DNA from: Eledone cirrhosa
Taxonomy: Eukaryota
Direction: 5' to 3'
NCBI GenBank assembly: GCA_964016885.1
Contig: OZ024744.1
Span: 1-64,000 of the forward strand
Length of the DNA: 64,000 bases
Position 1 is the stretch's first letter, and each line of letters begins with the position of its first letter. The position numbers and the translations under genes are program-made. Shown here piece after piece: positions 24,732-39,100 of the stretch. The notes under the pieces are model-generated. The model searched no databases and was not told where the DNA came from. It saw nothing but the letters and a program-made list of their open reading frames with translations.

Positions 24732-26956
24732 GTGTGATGTGAAATAATGTATTGTGGTCTGGTATATTGTAGTGTGGTATATTGTAGTGTGGTGGGATAT
24801 ATAGTAATGTGGTGTGGTATACTGTAGTGTGGTGTGGTATATTGTAGTCTCGTGTAGTATACTGTAGTGTGGTGTAGTATATTGTAGTCTGGTGTGATAG
24901 TGTATTATGGTGTGGGATATTTTATTGTGGTGTATTAAATTGTAGTGCGGTGTCATATATTGTAGTGTGGTGTGGTATATTGTGGTGTGATAGACTGTAG
25001 TGTGGAGTGATATACTGTAGTGTGATGTGATATAGATGTAGTGTGATGTAATATATTGTAGTAGGTTGTTTTATAGTGTAGTGTGGTATATTGTAGTGTG
25101 GTGTGATATATTGTAGTGTGTTGGTATATATATTGTAGTTCGGTGTGATATATTGTAGTGAGGTGTGATATATTGTAGTGCGGTGTGATATATTGCAGTG
25201 TGATGTGATATATTGTAGTGTGGTGTGGCATATTGTAGTGTGGAGTGATAGAGTGTAGTATTCGTGTGGTATATTGTGGTGTGGTGTGGTATATTGGAGT
25301 GCGGTGTGATATATTGTAGTGTGATGTGATATATTGTAGTATGGTGTGGTATATTGTAACGTGGTGGGATATATTGTAGTGTGTTGTGATATAGTGCAGT
25401 GTGGTTTGATATATTGTAGTGTGGTGTGATATATTGAAGTGTGCTGTGGTACACTATATTGTGGTGCGCTACACTGAAGTGTGGTGTGGTAGAGTGTAGT
25501 GTGATGTGAAATAATGTATTGTGGTCTGGTATATTGTAGTGTGGTATATTGTAGTGTGGTGTAGTATATAGTCACGCGGTGTAGTATATTGCAGTATGGT
25601 GTAGTATATTGTAGTCTGGTGTGATAGAACGTAGTATGGTGTGGGATATTGTAGTGCGGTGTGGTAAATTGTAGTGCGGTGTGATATATTGTAGTGTGGT
25701 GTGATATATTGTAGTGTGGTGTGGTATATTGTAGTGTGATGTGATTTAGATGTAGTGTGATGTAATATATTGTAGTAGGTTGTGATATAGTGTAGTCTGG
25801 TATATTGTAGTGTGGTGTGATATATTGTAGTGTGTTGGTATATATAATGTAGTGTGGTGTGTTATATTGTAGTGTGTTGTGATATATTGTAGTGTGTTGT
25901 GGTATATTGTAATGTGGTGTGGTATAATCTAATGTGGTATGATATATTGTAGTGTGGTGTGACATATTGAAGTGTGCTGTGGTATACTGTAGTGTGGTAT
26001 GGTATAGTGTAGTGTGGTGTGGTATAGTGTAGTGTGATGTGAAATAATGTATTGTGGTCTGGTATATTGTAGTGTGGTATATTGTAGTGTGTTGTAGTAT
26101 ATAGTAGTGTAGTGTGATATATCGTAGTGTGGTTGGATATATAGTAATGTGGTGTGGTATACTGTAGTGTGGTGTGGTATATTATAGTGTGGGGTAGTAT
26201 ATTGTAGTGTGGTGTATTATATTGCTGTCTGGTGTGATAGAGTGTAGTATGGTGTGGGATATTTTATTGTGGTGTGGTAAATTTTAGTGCGTTGTGATAT
26301 ATTGTAGTGTGATGTGATATATTGTGGTGTGGTGTGGTATATTGTGGTGTGATAGACTGTAGTGTGGAGTGATATATTGTAGTGTGATGTGATATACATG
26401 TAGTGTGATGTAATATATTGTAGTAGGTTGTGTTATAGTGTAGTCTGTTATATTGTAGTGTGGTGTGATATATTGTAGTGTGTTGGTTTATATATTGAAG
26501 TGTGGTGTGATATATTGTAGTGAGGAGTGATATATTGTAGTGTGGTGTGGTATACTGTAATGTCTTGTGGTATATAATAATGTGGTATGATATATTGTAG
26601 TTTGGTGTAGTATATTGTAGTGTGGTGTGGTATATTGTATCGTGGTGTGATATATTGTATTGTGGTTTGATATATTGTTGTGTGGTGTGGTATATTGTAG
26701 TGTGGTGTGGCATATTGTAGTGAGGTTTGGTATACGGTAGTGTGATGTGATATATTTTAGTGTGGTGTGGTATACTGTAGTGTGGTGTGATATAGTGTAG
26801 TGTGGTGTGATATATTGTTGTGTAGTGTGATATATTGTAACGTGGTAGGATATATTGTAGTGCGGTGTGATATATTGAAGTGTGCTGTGGTATACTGTAG
26901 TGTGGTCTGGTACAGTGAATTGTGGAGTGGTATAGTGTAGTATGACGTGAAATAAT

Positions 26957-27142
26957 TGTTTCTACTTTAGGCACAAGGTCAGAAATTACTCAGTGCATTA
27001 CCGGTACTTTATTTTACGACCCCGTAAGGATGAAAGGCAAAGTCAACCTCGGCGGGATTTGAACTCAGATCGTAAAGGGACGTAACTATGCTGGAAAGCA
27101 AGGCCTCCGACCCTCTACCGATACTGCCAATCGACCGCCCTT
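26957..27142 (-). mobile_element. tRNA-derived SINE, copy 2 (duplicate of copy 1)
   Basis: Same sequence, junctions and TSD as copy 1 at offset +2411. One difference seen (CCAATCCACC versus CCAATCGACC). Confidence 0.88.
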
Positions 27143-30100
27143 GTGTGATGTGAAATAATGTATTGTGGTCTGGTATATTGTAGTGTGGTATATTGTAGTG
27201 TGGTGGGATATATAGTAATGTGGTGTGGTATACTGTAGTGTGGTGTGGTATATTGTAGTCTCGTGTAGTATACTGTAGTGTGGTGTAGTATATTGTAGTC
27301 TGGTGTGATAGTGTATTATGGTGTGGGATATTTTATTGTGGTGTATTAAATTGTAGTGCGGTGTCATATATTGTAGTGTGGTGTGGTATATTGTGGTGTG
27401 ATAGACTGTAGTGTGGAGTGATATATTGTAGTGTGATGTGATATAGATGTAGTGTGATGTAATATATTGTAGTAGGTTGTTTTATAGTGTAGTCTGGTAT
27501 ATTGTAGTGTGGTGTGATATATTGTAGTGTGTTGGTATATATATTGTAGTTCGGTGTGATATATTGTAGTGAGGTGTGATATATTGTAGTGCGGTGTGAT
27601 ATATTGCAGTGTGATGTGATATATTGTAGTGTGGTGTGGCATATTGTAGTGTGGAGTGATAGAGTGTAGTATTCGTGTGGTATATTGTAGTGTGGTGTGG
27701 TATATTGGAGTGCGGTGTGATATATTGTTGTGTGATGTGATATATTGTAGTATGGTGTGGTATATTGTAACGTGGTGGGATATATTGTAGTGTGTTGTGA
27801 TATAGTGTAGTGTGGTTTGATATATTGTAGTGTGGTGTGATATATTGAAGTGTGCTTTGGTACACTATATTGTGGTGCGCTACACTTAAGTGTGGTGTGT
27901 TAGAGTGTAGTGTGATGTGAAATAATGTATTGTGGTCTGGTATATAGTAGTGTGGTATATTGTAGTTTGGTGTAGTATATAGTCACGCGGTGTAGTATAT
28001 TGCAGTATGGTGTAGTATATTGTAGTCTGGTGTGATAGAACGTAGTATGGTGTGGGATATTGTAGTGTGGTGTGGTAAATTGTAGTGTGGTGTGATATAT
28101 TGTAGTGTGATGTGATATATTGTAGTGTGGTGTGGTATTTTGTAGTGTGATGTGATATAGATGTAGTGTGATGTATTGTATTGTAGTAGGTTGTGATATA
28201 GTGTAGTCTTGTATATTGTAGTGCGGTGTGATATATTGTAGTGTGTTGGTATATATAATGTAGTGTGGTGTGTTATATTGTAGTGTGTTGTGATATATTG
28301 TAGTGTGTTGTGGTGTATTGTAATGTGGTGTGGTATAATCTAATGTGGTATGATATATTGTAGTTTGGTGAAGTATGTTGTAGTGTGGTGTGGTATATTG
28401 TAGTGAGGTGCGGTATATTGTAGTGTGGTGCGATATATTGTAGTGTGGTGTCGTATATTGTAGTGTCGTGTTATATAGTGTAGTGTGGTGTGGTATATTG
28501 AAGTGTGGTGCGATATATTGTAACGTGGACTGGTATATTTATTGTGGTGAGTTATATTGTAGTGCGGTATGATATATTGTAACGTGGTGGGATATATTGT
28601 AGTGTGGTGTGACATATTGAAGTGTGCTGTGGTATACTGTAGTGTGGTATGGTATAATGTAGTGTGGTGTGATATAGTGTAGTGTGATGTGAAATAATGT
28701 ATTGTGGTCTAGTATATTGTAGTGTGGTATAGTGTAGTGTGTTGTAGTATATAGTAGTGTAGTGTGATATATTGTAGTGTGGTTGGATATATAGTAATGT
28801 GGTGTGGTATACTGTAGTGTGGTGTGGTATATTGTAGTGTGGGGTAGTATATTGAAGTGTGGTGTATTATATTGTTGCCTGGTGTGATAGAGTGTAGTAT
28901 GGTGTGGGATATTTTATTGTGGTGTGGTAAATTTTAGTGCGTTGTGATATATTGTAGTGTGATGTGATATATTGTGGTGTGGTGTGGTATATTGTGGTGT
29001 GATAGAGTGTAGTGTGGAGTGATATATTGTAGTGTGATGTGATATACATGTAGTGTGATGTAATATATTGTAGTAGGTTGTGTTATAGTGTAGTCTGTTA
29101 TATTGTAGTGTGGTGTGATATTTTGTAGTGTGTTGGTTTATATATTGAAGTGTGGTGTGATATATTGTAGAGAGGAGTAATATAGTGTAGTGTGGTGTGG
29201 TATACTGTAATGTCTTGAGGTATATAATAATGTGGTATGATATATTGTAGTTTGGTGTAGTATATTGTAGTGTGGTGTGGTATATTGTATCGTGGTGTGA
29301 TATATTGTATTGTGGTTTGATATATTGTTGTGTGGTGTGGTATATTGTAGTGTGGTGTGGCATATTGTAGTGAGGTTTGGTATACGTTAGTGTGATGTGA
29401 TATATTTTAGTGTGGTGTGGTATACTGTAGTGTGGTGTGATATAGTGTAGTGTGGTGTGATATATTGTTGTGTAGTGTCATATATTGTAGCGTGGTGGGA
29501 TATATTGTAGTGTGGTGAAATATAGTCTAGTGTGGTTTGATATATTGTAGTGTGGAGTGGTATATTGTAGCGTGGTGTGCTATATTGTAGTGTGGTTTAA
29601 CATAATGTAGTGTGGTGTATTATATTGTAGTGGGGTGTGAAAAAGTGTAGTGTGGTGTGGTATAGTTTATTGCGAGGTGGTATATAGTAGTGTTGTATGG
29701 TATAATATAGTGCGGTGTGGTATATTGCAGTGTGATGTGTTGTAATGTTGTGTGATGTGGTATATTGTAGTGCGGTGTGATATATTGTAGTGTGGTGTGG
29801 TATATTGTAGAGTGGTGTGATAGCATGTAGTATTGTGTGGTATATTGTAGTGTGGTGTGGTATATTGCAGTTTGATGTGATAGTGTATAGTGTGTTGAGA
29901 TATATTGTAGTGTGATGTGATATAACGTAGTGTGATGTAATATATCGTAATAGGTTGCGATTTAGTTTAGTGTGGTATATTGTAGTGTGGTGTGTAATAT
30001 TGTAGTGTGGTGTGTTATATTGTTGTGTGATGTGGTATATTGTAGTGTGGTGTGATATATTTTAGTGTCGTGTTATATAGTACAGTGTGGTGTGGTATAC

Positions 30101-33100
30101 TGTAGTGTGGTGTGATACATTGTGATGTGGACTGGTATATTGTATTGTGTTGAGTTATATTGGAGTGTGATGTGATATATTGGAGTGTGGTGTTGTAAGC
30201 TGTAATGTGGTGTGGTATATTGTAGTTTGGTGTGGTATATTGTTGTGTGATTTTGTATATTTTAGTGTGGTGTGATATATTGTAGTGTCGTGTGATATAT
30301 TGTAGTGTCGTGTTATATAGTATAGTGTGGTGTGGTATATCGTAGTGTGGTGTGATATATTGTAATGTGGTGTGATATATTGTAGTGTGGTGTTGTATAC
30401 TGTAATGTGGTGTGGTATATTGTAGTGTGGTGTGATATATTGTTGTGTGATGTGGTATATCGTAGTGTGTGTGATATATTATAATCTCGTGTGATATATT
30501 GTAGTGTGGTGTTGTATACTGTAATGTAGTGTCGTATATTATAGTGTGGTGTGGTATATTTTGTGTGATATGGTATATTGTAGTGTGGTGTGATATATTA
30601 TAGTTTCGTGTGATATATTTTTGTGTCATGTTATATAGAGTAGTGTGGTGTGGTATATTGTACTCTGGTGTGATATATTGTAATGTGGACTGGTATATTT
30701 TATTGTGGTTAGATATATTGTAGTGTGGTGTGATATATTGTAGTGTGGTGTTGTATACTGTAATGTGGTGTGGTATATTGTAGTGTGGTGTAATATATTG
30801 TTGTGTGATGTGGTATATCGTAGTGTGTGTGATATTTTATAGTCTCGTGTGATATATTGTAGTGTGGTGTTGTATACTGTAATGTAGTGTCGTATATTAT
30901 AGTGTGGTGTGGTATATTTTGTGTGATATTGTATATTGTAGTGTGGTGTGATATATTATAGTGTCGTGTGATATATTGTTGTGTCATGTTATATAGAGTA
31001 GTGTGGTGTGGTATATTGTACTCTGGTGTGATATATTGTAATTTGGACTGGTATATTTTATTGTGGTTAGATATATTGTAGTGTGGTGTGATATATTGTA
31101 GTGTGCTGTGGTATAGTGTAGTGTGGTGTGGTATAGTGTAGTGCGGTGTGGTATAGTGTAGTGTGATGTGAAATAATATATTGTGGTCTGGTATATTGTT
31201 GTGTAGTATATTGTAGTGTGGTGTAGTATATTGTAGTGTTGTGTAGTATATTGTAGTCTGGTGTGATATATTGCGGTGTGGTGTGTTATATCGTAGTGTT
31301 GTGTGGTATAGTGTAGTGTGGTGTGATATACTGTAGTGTGGTGTGGCGTATTGTAGTGAGGTGTGGTACATGGTAGTGTGATGTGATATAGTGTAATTTG
31401 GTGTGGTATACTGTAGTGTGGAATGATATAGTGTAGTGTGGTGTGGTATATTGTAGTGTGGTGTGATATATTGTAATGTGGACTGGTATATTGTATTGTG
31501 GTGAGATATGTTGTAGTGTGGTGTGATACATTGTAGTGTGCTGTGGTATACTGCAGTGTGGTGTGGTATAATGTAGTGTGGTATGGTATAGTATAGTGTG
31601 ATGTGAAATAATGCATTATGGGCTGGTATATTGTAGTGTGGTGTAGTGTATAGTAGTGTGGTGTGATATATTGTAGTGTGGTGGTATATATATAGTAATG
31701 TGGTGTGGTATATTGTAGTGTGGGGTAGTATACTCTAGTGTGGTGTAGTATATTGTAGTATGGTGTGATAGAGTGTAGTATGGTGTGGATATTGTAGTGT
31801 GGGGTGGTAAATTTTAGTGCGGTGTGATATATTGTAGTGTGATATGGTATATTGTAGTGTGGTGTGGTATATTGTAGTATGGTGTGGTATATTGTAGTTT
31901 GGTGTGATAGCGTGTAGTGTTGTGAGATATATTGTAATGTGGACTGGTATATTGTATTGTGGTGAGATATATTGTAGTGTGATGAGATATATTGTAGTGT
32001 GGTGTTGTATACTGCAATGTGGTGTGGTATATTGTAGTTTGGTGTGGTATATTGTTGTGTGATGTGGTATATTGCAGTGTTGTGTGATATATTGTAGTGT
32101 GGTGATATATATTGTAGTGTCGTGTTATATAGTATAGTGTGGTGTGGTATAACGTAGTGTGGTGTGATATGTTGTAATGTGGTTTGGTATATTGTAGTGT
32201 GGTGTTGTATACTGTAATGTGGTGTGGTATATTGTAGTGTGGTGTGGTATATTGTTGTGTGATGTGGTATATTGTAGTGTGGTTTGATATACTGTAGTGT
32301 GGTGTGGTATATTGTAGTGTGGTGTGGCAGATTGTAGTGAGGTGTGGTAGTGTCATGTGATATAGTGTAGTGTGGTGTGGTATACTGTAGTGTGGTGTGA
32401 TATAGTGTAGTGTGATATATTGTAGTGTAGTGCAATATATTGTAACGTGGTGGGATTATTGTAGTGTGGTGTGATATATTGAAGAGTGCTGTGGTATACT
32501 GTAGTGTGGTGTGGTACAGTGTAGTGTGGTGTGGTATAGTGTAGTGTGACGTGAAATAATGTATTGTGGTCTGGTATATTGTAGTGTGGTATATTGTAGT
32601 ATGGCGTAGTATATAGTAGTGTGGTGTGATATATTATAGTGTGGTGGGATATATAGAAATGTGGTGTGGTATACTGTATTGTGGAGTGGTATATTGTAGT
32701 GTGGTGTAGTAAATTGTAGTGTGGTGTAGCATATTGTAGTCTGGTGTGATAGAGTGTAGTATGGTGTGGGATATGTTATTGTGTTGTGGTAAATTGTAGT
32801 GCGTTGTGATATAGTGTAGTGTGATGTGATATGGATGTAGTGTGATGTAATATATTGTAGTAGCTTGTGTTATAGTGTATTCTGGTATATTGTAGTGTGG
32901 TGTGATATATCGTACTGTGTTGGTATATATATTGTAGTGTGGTGTGATATATTGTAGTGAGGAGTGATATGTTGTAGTGTGGTGTGGATTACTGTAATGT
33001 GGTGTGGTATATAATAATGTGGTATGATATATTGCAGTTCGGTGTAGTATATTGTAGTGTGGTGTGGTATATTTTAGTGTGGTGTGATATATTGTACTGT

Positions 33101-36100
33101 AGTTTGATATATTGTTGTGTAGTGTGGTATATTGTAGTGTGGTGTGGCATATTGTATTGAGGTGTGTTATATGATAGTGTGATGTGATATAGTGTAGTGT
33201 GGTGTGGTATACTGTAGTGTGGTGTGATATAGTGTAGTGTGGAGTGGTATATTGGAGTATGGAGACGTATATTGTAGTGTGAGGTATTATATTGTAGTGT
33301 GGTGTATTATATTGTAGTGGTGTGTGATAAAGTGTAGTGTGGCGCGGTATAGCGTAGTGTTGTGTGGAATATTGTAGTGTGGTGTGGTATAGTAGTCTGG
33401 TGTGGTATATTATAGTGTGATGTGGTATATTGCAGTGTGCTGTGTTATATTGGTGTGTGGTATATTGAAGTGTGGTGTGATATATTGTAGGGTGCTGTGG
33501 TATATTGTTGTGCGGTGCGATAGAGTGTAGTATTGTGTGGTATACTGTAGTGTGATGTGGTATATTGAAGTGCGGTGTGATATATTGTAGTGTGGTGTGA
33601 TATAGTGTAGTGTGGTTTAATATATTGTAGTGTGGTGTGATATATTGAAGTGTGCTGTGGTATACATAATTATGATCTGCTACACTCTAGTGTGGTGTGG
33701 TATAGTGTGGTGTGATGTTAAATAATGTATTTTGGGCTGGTATATTGTAGTGTGGTATATTGCAGTGTGGTGTAGTATATAGTAGTGTTGTGTGATATAT
33801 TATAGTGTGGTGGGATATATAGTAATGTGGTGTGGTAAATTCTAGTGCGGTGTGATATATTGAAGTGTGATGTGATATATTGTAGTGTGGTGTGGTATAT
33901 TGTAGTGTGATGTGATATAGATGTAGTGTGATGTAATATATTGTAGTAAGTTGTGATATAGTGTAATATGGTATATTGTAGTGTGGTGTGATATATTGTA
34001 GTGTGTTGGTATGTATATTGTAGTGTGCTGTGATATATTGTAGTGTGTTGTGATGTATTGTAGTGTGGTGTGGTATACTCTAATGTGGTGTGGTATACTA
34101 TAATGTGGTATGATATATTGTAGGTTGGTGAAGTATATTGTAGTGTGGTGTGCTGTATTGTAGTGTGGTGTGGTATACTGTAGTGTGGTGTGATATATTG
34201 TACAGTCGTTTTATACATTGTTGTGTGGTGTTATATATTGTAGTGTGGTGTGGCATATTGTAGTGATGTGTGGTATATGGTAGTGCGAAGTGATATATGT
34301 AGTGTGTTGTGGTATACTGTAGTGTGGTGTGATATAGTGTAGAGTATGGTATGATATATTGTAGTGTAGTGTGATATATTGTAGTATGGTGTGGTATGCT
34401 GTAGTGCGGTTTTATATAGTGTAGTGTGGAGTGGTATATTTGAGTGTGGAGTGGTATATTGTAGTGTGGGGTATTATATTGCAGTGTGGTGTATTATATT
34501 GTAGTGGTGTGTGATATAGTGTATTGTGGTGCGGTATAGCGTAGTGCTGTGTGGTATATTGTAGTGAGGTATAATGTATTGTGTGTGGTATATAGTAGTG
34601 TGGTGTGGTATAATATAGTGCGGTGTGGTATATTGTAGTGTTCTGTGTTATATTGGTGTGTGGTATATTGAAGTGTGGTGTGATATATTGTAGTGCGGTG
34701 TGGTTTATTGTAGTGTGGTGTGATATATTGTAACGTGCTGTAATATATTGTAGTATGGTGTGGTATATTGTAACGTGGTGCGATATATTGTAGTGTAGTG
34801 TGATATATTGTAGTGTGGTGTGATATATTGTAGTATGGTGTGATATATTTTAGTGTGTTGTGGCATATTGTAGTGTAGTGTAATATAGTGTAGTGTTGTG
34901 CAGTATATTGTAGTGTGGTGTGATATAGTGTAGTGTGATATATTGTAGTGTGGTCAGATATATTGTAGTGTGGCGTGGTATAGTGTAGGGTGCTGTGATA
35001 TATTGTAGTGCGGTGTAGTATACTGTAGTGTGGTGGGATATATTGTAGTGTGGTTTGATATATAGTAGTGTGGTGTGGTATATTGTAGTGTGGTGTGGCA
35101 TATTGTAGTGAGGTGTGGTAGTGTCATGTGATATAGTGTAGTGTGATGTGGTATACTGTAGTGTGGTGTGATATAGTGTAGTGTCGTGTGATATATTGTA
35201 GTCTAGTGCGATATATTGTAACGTGGTGGGATATATTGTAGTGTGGTGTGATATATTGAAGAGTGCTATGGTATACTGTAGTGTGGTGTGGTACAGTGTA
35301 GTGTGGTGTGGTATAGTGTAGTGTGACGTGAAATAATGTATTGTGGTCTGGTATATTGTATTGTGGTATATTGTAGTATGGCGTAGTATATAGTAGTGTG
35401 GTGTGATATATTGTAGTGTGGTGGGACATATAGTAATGTGGTGTGGGATAGTGTAGTGTGGTGTGGTATATTGTAGTGCAGTGTAGTACATTTAAGTGTG
35501 GTGTAGTATATTGTAGTCTGGTGTGATAGAGTGTAGTATGGTTTGGGATATTGTAGTGTGGTGTGGTAAATTGTAGTGCGGTGTGATATATTGTAATGTG
35601 GTGTGGTATATTGAAGTGTGATGTGATATAGATGTAGTGTGATGTAATATATTGCAGTAGCTTGTGTTATAGTTTTGTCTGGTATATTGTAGTGTGGTGT
35701 GATATATTGTAGTGAAGAGTGATATATTGTAGTGTGGTGTGGATTACTGTAATGTGGTGTGGGATATAATAATGTGGTATGATATATTGTAGTTTGGTGT
35801 TGTATATTGTAGTGTGGTGTGGTATATTGTAGTGTGGTGTGATATATTGTACTGTGGTTTGATATATTGTTGTGTGGTGTGGTATATTGTAGTGTGCTGT
35901 GGCATATTGTAGTGAGGTGTGGTATATGATAGTGTGATGTTATATAGTGCAGTGTGGTGTCGTATACTTTAGTGTGGTCTGATATAGTGTAGTGTAGTGT
36001 GATATATTGTAGCGTGGTGGGATATATTGTAGTGTGGTGTGATATAGTGTAGTGTGGTTTGATATATTGTTGTTTGGTGTGGTATGCTGTATTGCGGTTT

Positions 36101-39100
36101 TATATAGTGTAGTGTGGAGTGTTATATTGGAGTATGGAGTGGTGTATTGTATTGTGGGGTATTATATTGTAGAGTGTTGTATTATCTTGTATTGGTGTGT
36201 GATAAAGTGTAGTGTGGTGCGATATAGCGTTGTGTTGTGTGGTATAGTGTATTGTGATGTGGTATATAGTAGTGTGGTGTGGTATAATATAGTGTAGTGT
36301 GGTATATTGTAGTGTGCTGTGTTATAATGGTGTGTGGTATATTGAAGTGTGGTGTGATATATTGTAGGGTGGTGTGGTATATTGTAGTGTGGTGCGATAG
36401 AGTGTAGTATTGTGTGGTATATTGTAGTTTTATGTGGTATAATGAAGTGCGGTGTGATATATTGTAGTGTGATGTGATATAGTGTAACGTGGTGTGATAT
36501 ATTGTAGTGTGGTGTGATATAGTGTAGTGTGGTTTGATATACTGTAGTGTGGTGTGATATATTGAAGTGTGCTGTGGTATACATAATTGTGGTGTGCTAC
36601 AGTGTAGTGTGGTGTGGTATAGTGTAGTGTGATGTGAAATAATGTATTTTGGGCTGGTATATTGTAGTGTGGTATATTGTAGTGTGGTGTAGTATATAGT
36701 AGTGTTGTGTGATACATTGTAGTGTGGTGGTATATATAATAATGTGGTGTGGTAAATTGTAGTGCGGTGTGATATATTGTAGTGTGATGTGATATATTGT
36801 AGTGTGGTGTGTTATATTGTAGTGTGATGTGATATAGATGTAGTGTGATGTAATATATTGTAGTAAGTTGTGATTTAGTGTAATCTGGTATATTGTAGTG
36901 TGGTGTGATATATTGTAGTGTGTTGGTATATATATGGTAGTGTGGTGTGATATATTGTAGTGTGGTGTGATATAATGTAGTGTTGTATACTATAATATGT
37001 TATGATATATTGTAGGTTGATGAAGTATATTGTAGTGTGGTGTTGTATACTGTAATGTGGTGTGGTATATTGTAGTGTGGTGTGATATATTGTACTGTGG
37101 TTTTATATATTGTTGTGTGGTGTTATATATTGTAGTGTGGTGTGGCATATTGTAGTGATGTCTGGTATATGGTAGTGCGATGCGATATAGTGTAGTGTGG
37201 TTTGGTATACTGTAGTGTGGTGTGATACAGTGTAGAGTATGGTATGATATTTTGTAGTGGAATGTGATATATTGTAGCGTGGTGGGATATATTGTAGTGT
37301 GGTGTGATATAGTGTAGTTTGGTTTGATGTTTTTTAGTGTGGTATGGTAGGCTGTAGTGTGGTTTTATATAGTATACTGCGGAGTGGTATATTGTGGTGT
37401 GGGGTATTATATTGTAGTGTGGTGTATTATATTGTAGTGGTGTGTGATAAAGTGTAGTGTGGTGCGGTATAGCGTAGTGCTGTGTGCTATATTGTAGTGT
37501 GGTGTGGTATAGTGTATTGTGTATGGTATATTGTAGTGTGGTGTTGTATAATATAGTGTGGTATATTGTAGTGTGGCGTAGTAAATGTTAGTGTGGTGTA
37601 GTATATTGTAATGTGGTGTGGTATATTGAAGTGTGATGTGATATAGATGTAGTGTGATGTAATATATTGTAGTAGCTTGTGTTATAGTTTAGTCTGGTAT
37701 ATTGTAGTGTGGTGTGATATATTGTAGTGTGTTGGTATATATTTTGTAGTGTGGTGTGATATATTGTAGTGTGGTTTTCTATACTGTAGTGTGGTGTGGT
37801 ATATAGTAGTGTGGTGTGGTATATTGTTGTGTGATGTGGTATATTGTAGTGTGGTGTGATATATTAATGTGTCGTGCGATATATTGTATTGTCATGTTAT
37901 ATAGTGTAGTGTGGTGTGGTATATTGTAGTCTGGTGTGATATATTCTAATGTGGACTGGTATATTGTATTGTGGTGATATATATCGTAGTCTGGTGTGAT
38001 CTATTGTAATGTGGTCTGGCATACTGTTGTGTGGTATATTGTAGTGTTGTGTAGTATATTATAGTCTGGTGTGATAGTATGGTGTGGGATAGTATAGTGT
38101 TGTGTGGTAAATTGTTGTGCGGTGTGATATATTGTAGTGTCATATGATAGAGTGTAGTGTGGAGTAATATATTGTAGTGTGTTGTGATATAGTGTAGTGT
38201 GAAATAATATATTGTAGTAGGTTATGATATAGTGTAGTCTGTTATTTTGTAGTGTGTTGTGATATATTGTAGTGTGGTGGTATATATATATTGTAGTGTG
38301 GTGTGATATATTGTAGTGTGGTGTGATATATTGTAGTGAGGTGTGGTATACTGTAATGTGGTGTGGTATACTATAATGTGGTGTAGTATATTGTACTGTG
38401 GTGTGGTGTGCTATAGTGTAGTGTGGTGTGGTATACTATAATGTGGTGTGGTATATTGTAGTGTGGTGTGGTATAGTGTAGTGTGATGTGAAATAATGTA
38501 TTGTGGACAGCTATATTGTAGTGTGGCATATTTCAGTGTGGTTTGGTATATTGTAGTATGGTGGGATATATAGTAATGTGGTGTGATACATTGTAGTGTG
38601 CTGTGGTATACTGTAGTGTGGTGTGGTATAATATAGTGTGGTATGGTATAGTGTAGTGTGATGTGAAATAATGCATTGTGGTCTGGTATATTGTAGTGTG
38701 GTGTAGTATATTGTATTGAGGTGTGATATGTTGCAGTGTGTTACGGTATATTGTAGTGGGGTGTAGTATATTGTAGTGTGGTGTGATATAGTGTAGTATG
38801 GTGTCGTATAGTGTAGTGTGGTGTGGTATATTGTTGTATGGTGTGATATATTGTAGTATTGTGTGATCTAGTGTAGTGTTGTGTGGTATACTGTAATGTG
38901 GTGTGGTATATTGTTATGTGGTGTGATATATTGTAGTGTGGTGTGGTGTGGTATATTGAAGTGTGATGTGATTTGTCGTAATGTTGAGTGGTATGTTGCA
39001 TTGTGGTGAGAAATATTGTAGTGTGGTGTGTTATAGTGTAGTGTGGTGCGGTATAGTGTAGTGTGGTGTGGTATATTGTAGTGTGGTGTGATATAGTGTA

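Larger units (their letters stand above)
24420..29480. repeat. Tandem duplication within the satellite (copy A ~24420-26830, copy B ~26831-29480)
   Basis: Rare variants recur at offset 2411 (the SINE; GGTATAATCTAATG at 25921 and 28332), then at offset 2650 after a ~239-bp indel (GACATATTGA at 25961 and 28611). Paired ORF-track entries show the same offsets. Confidence 0.85.
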
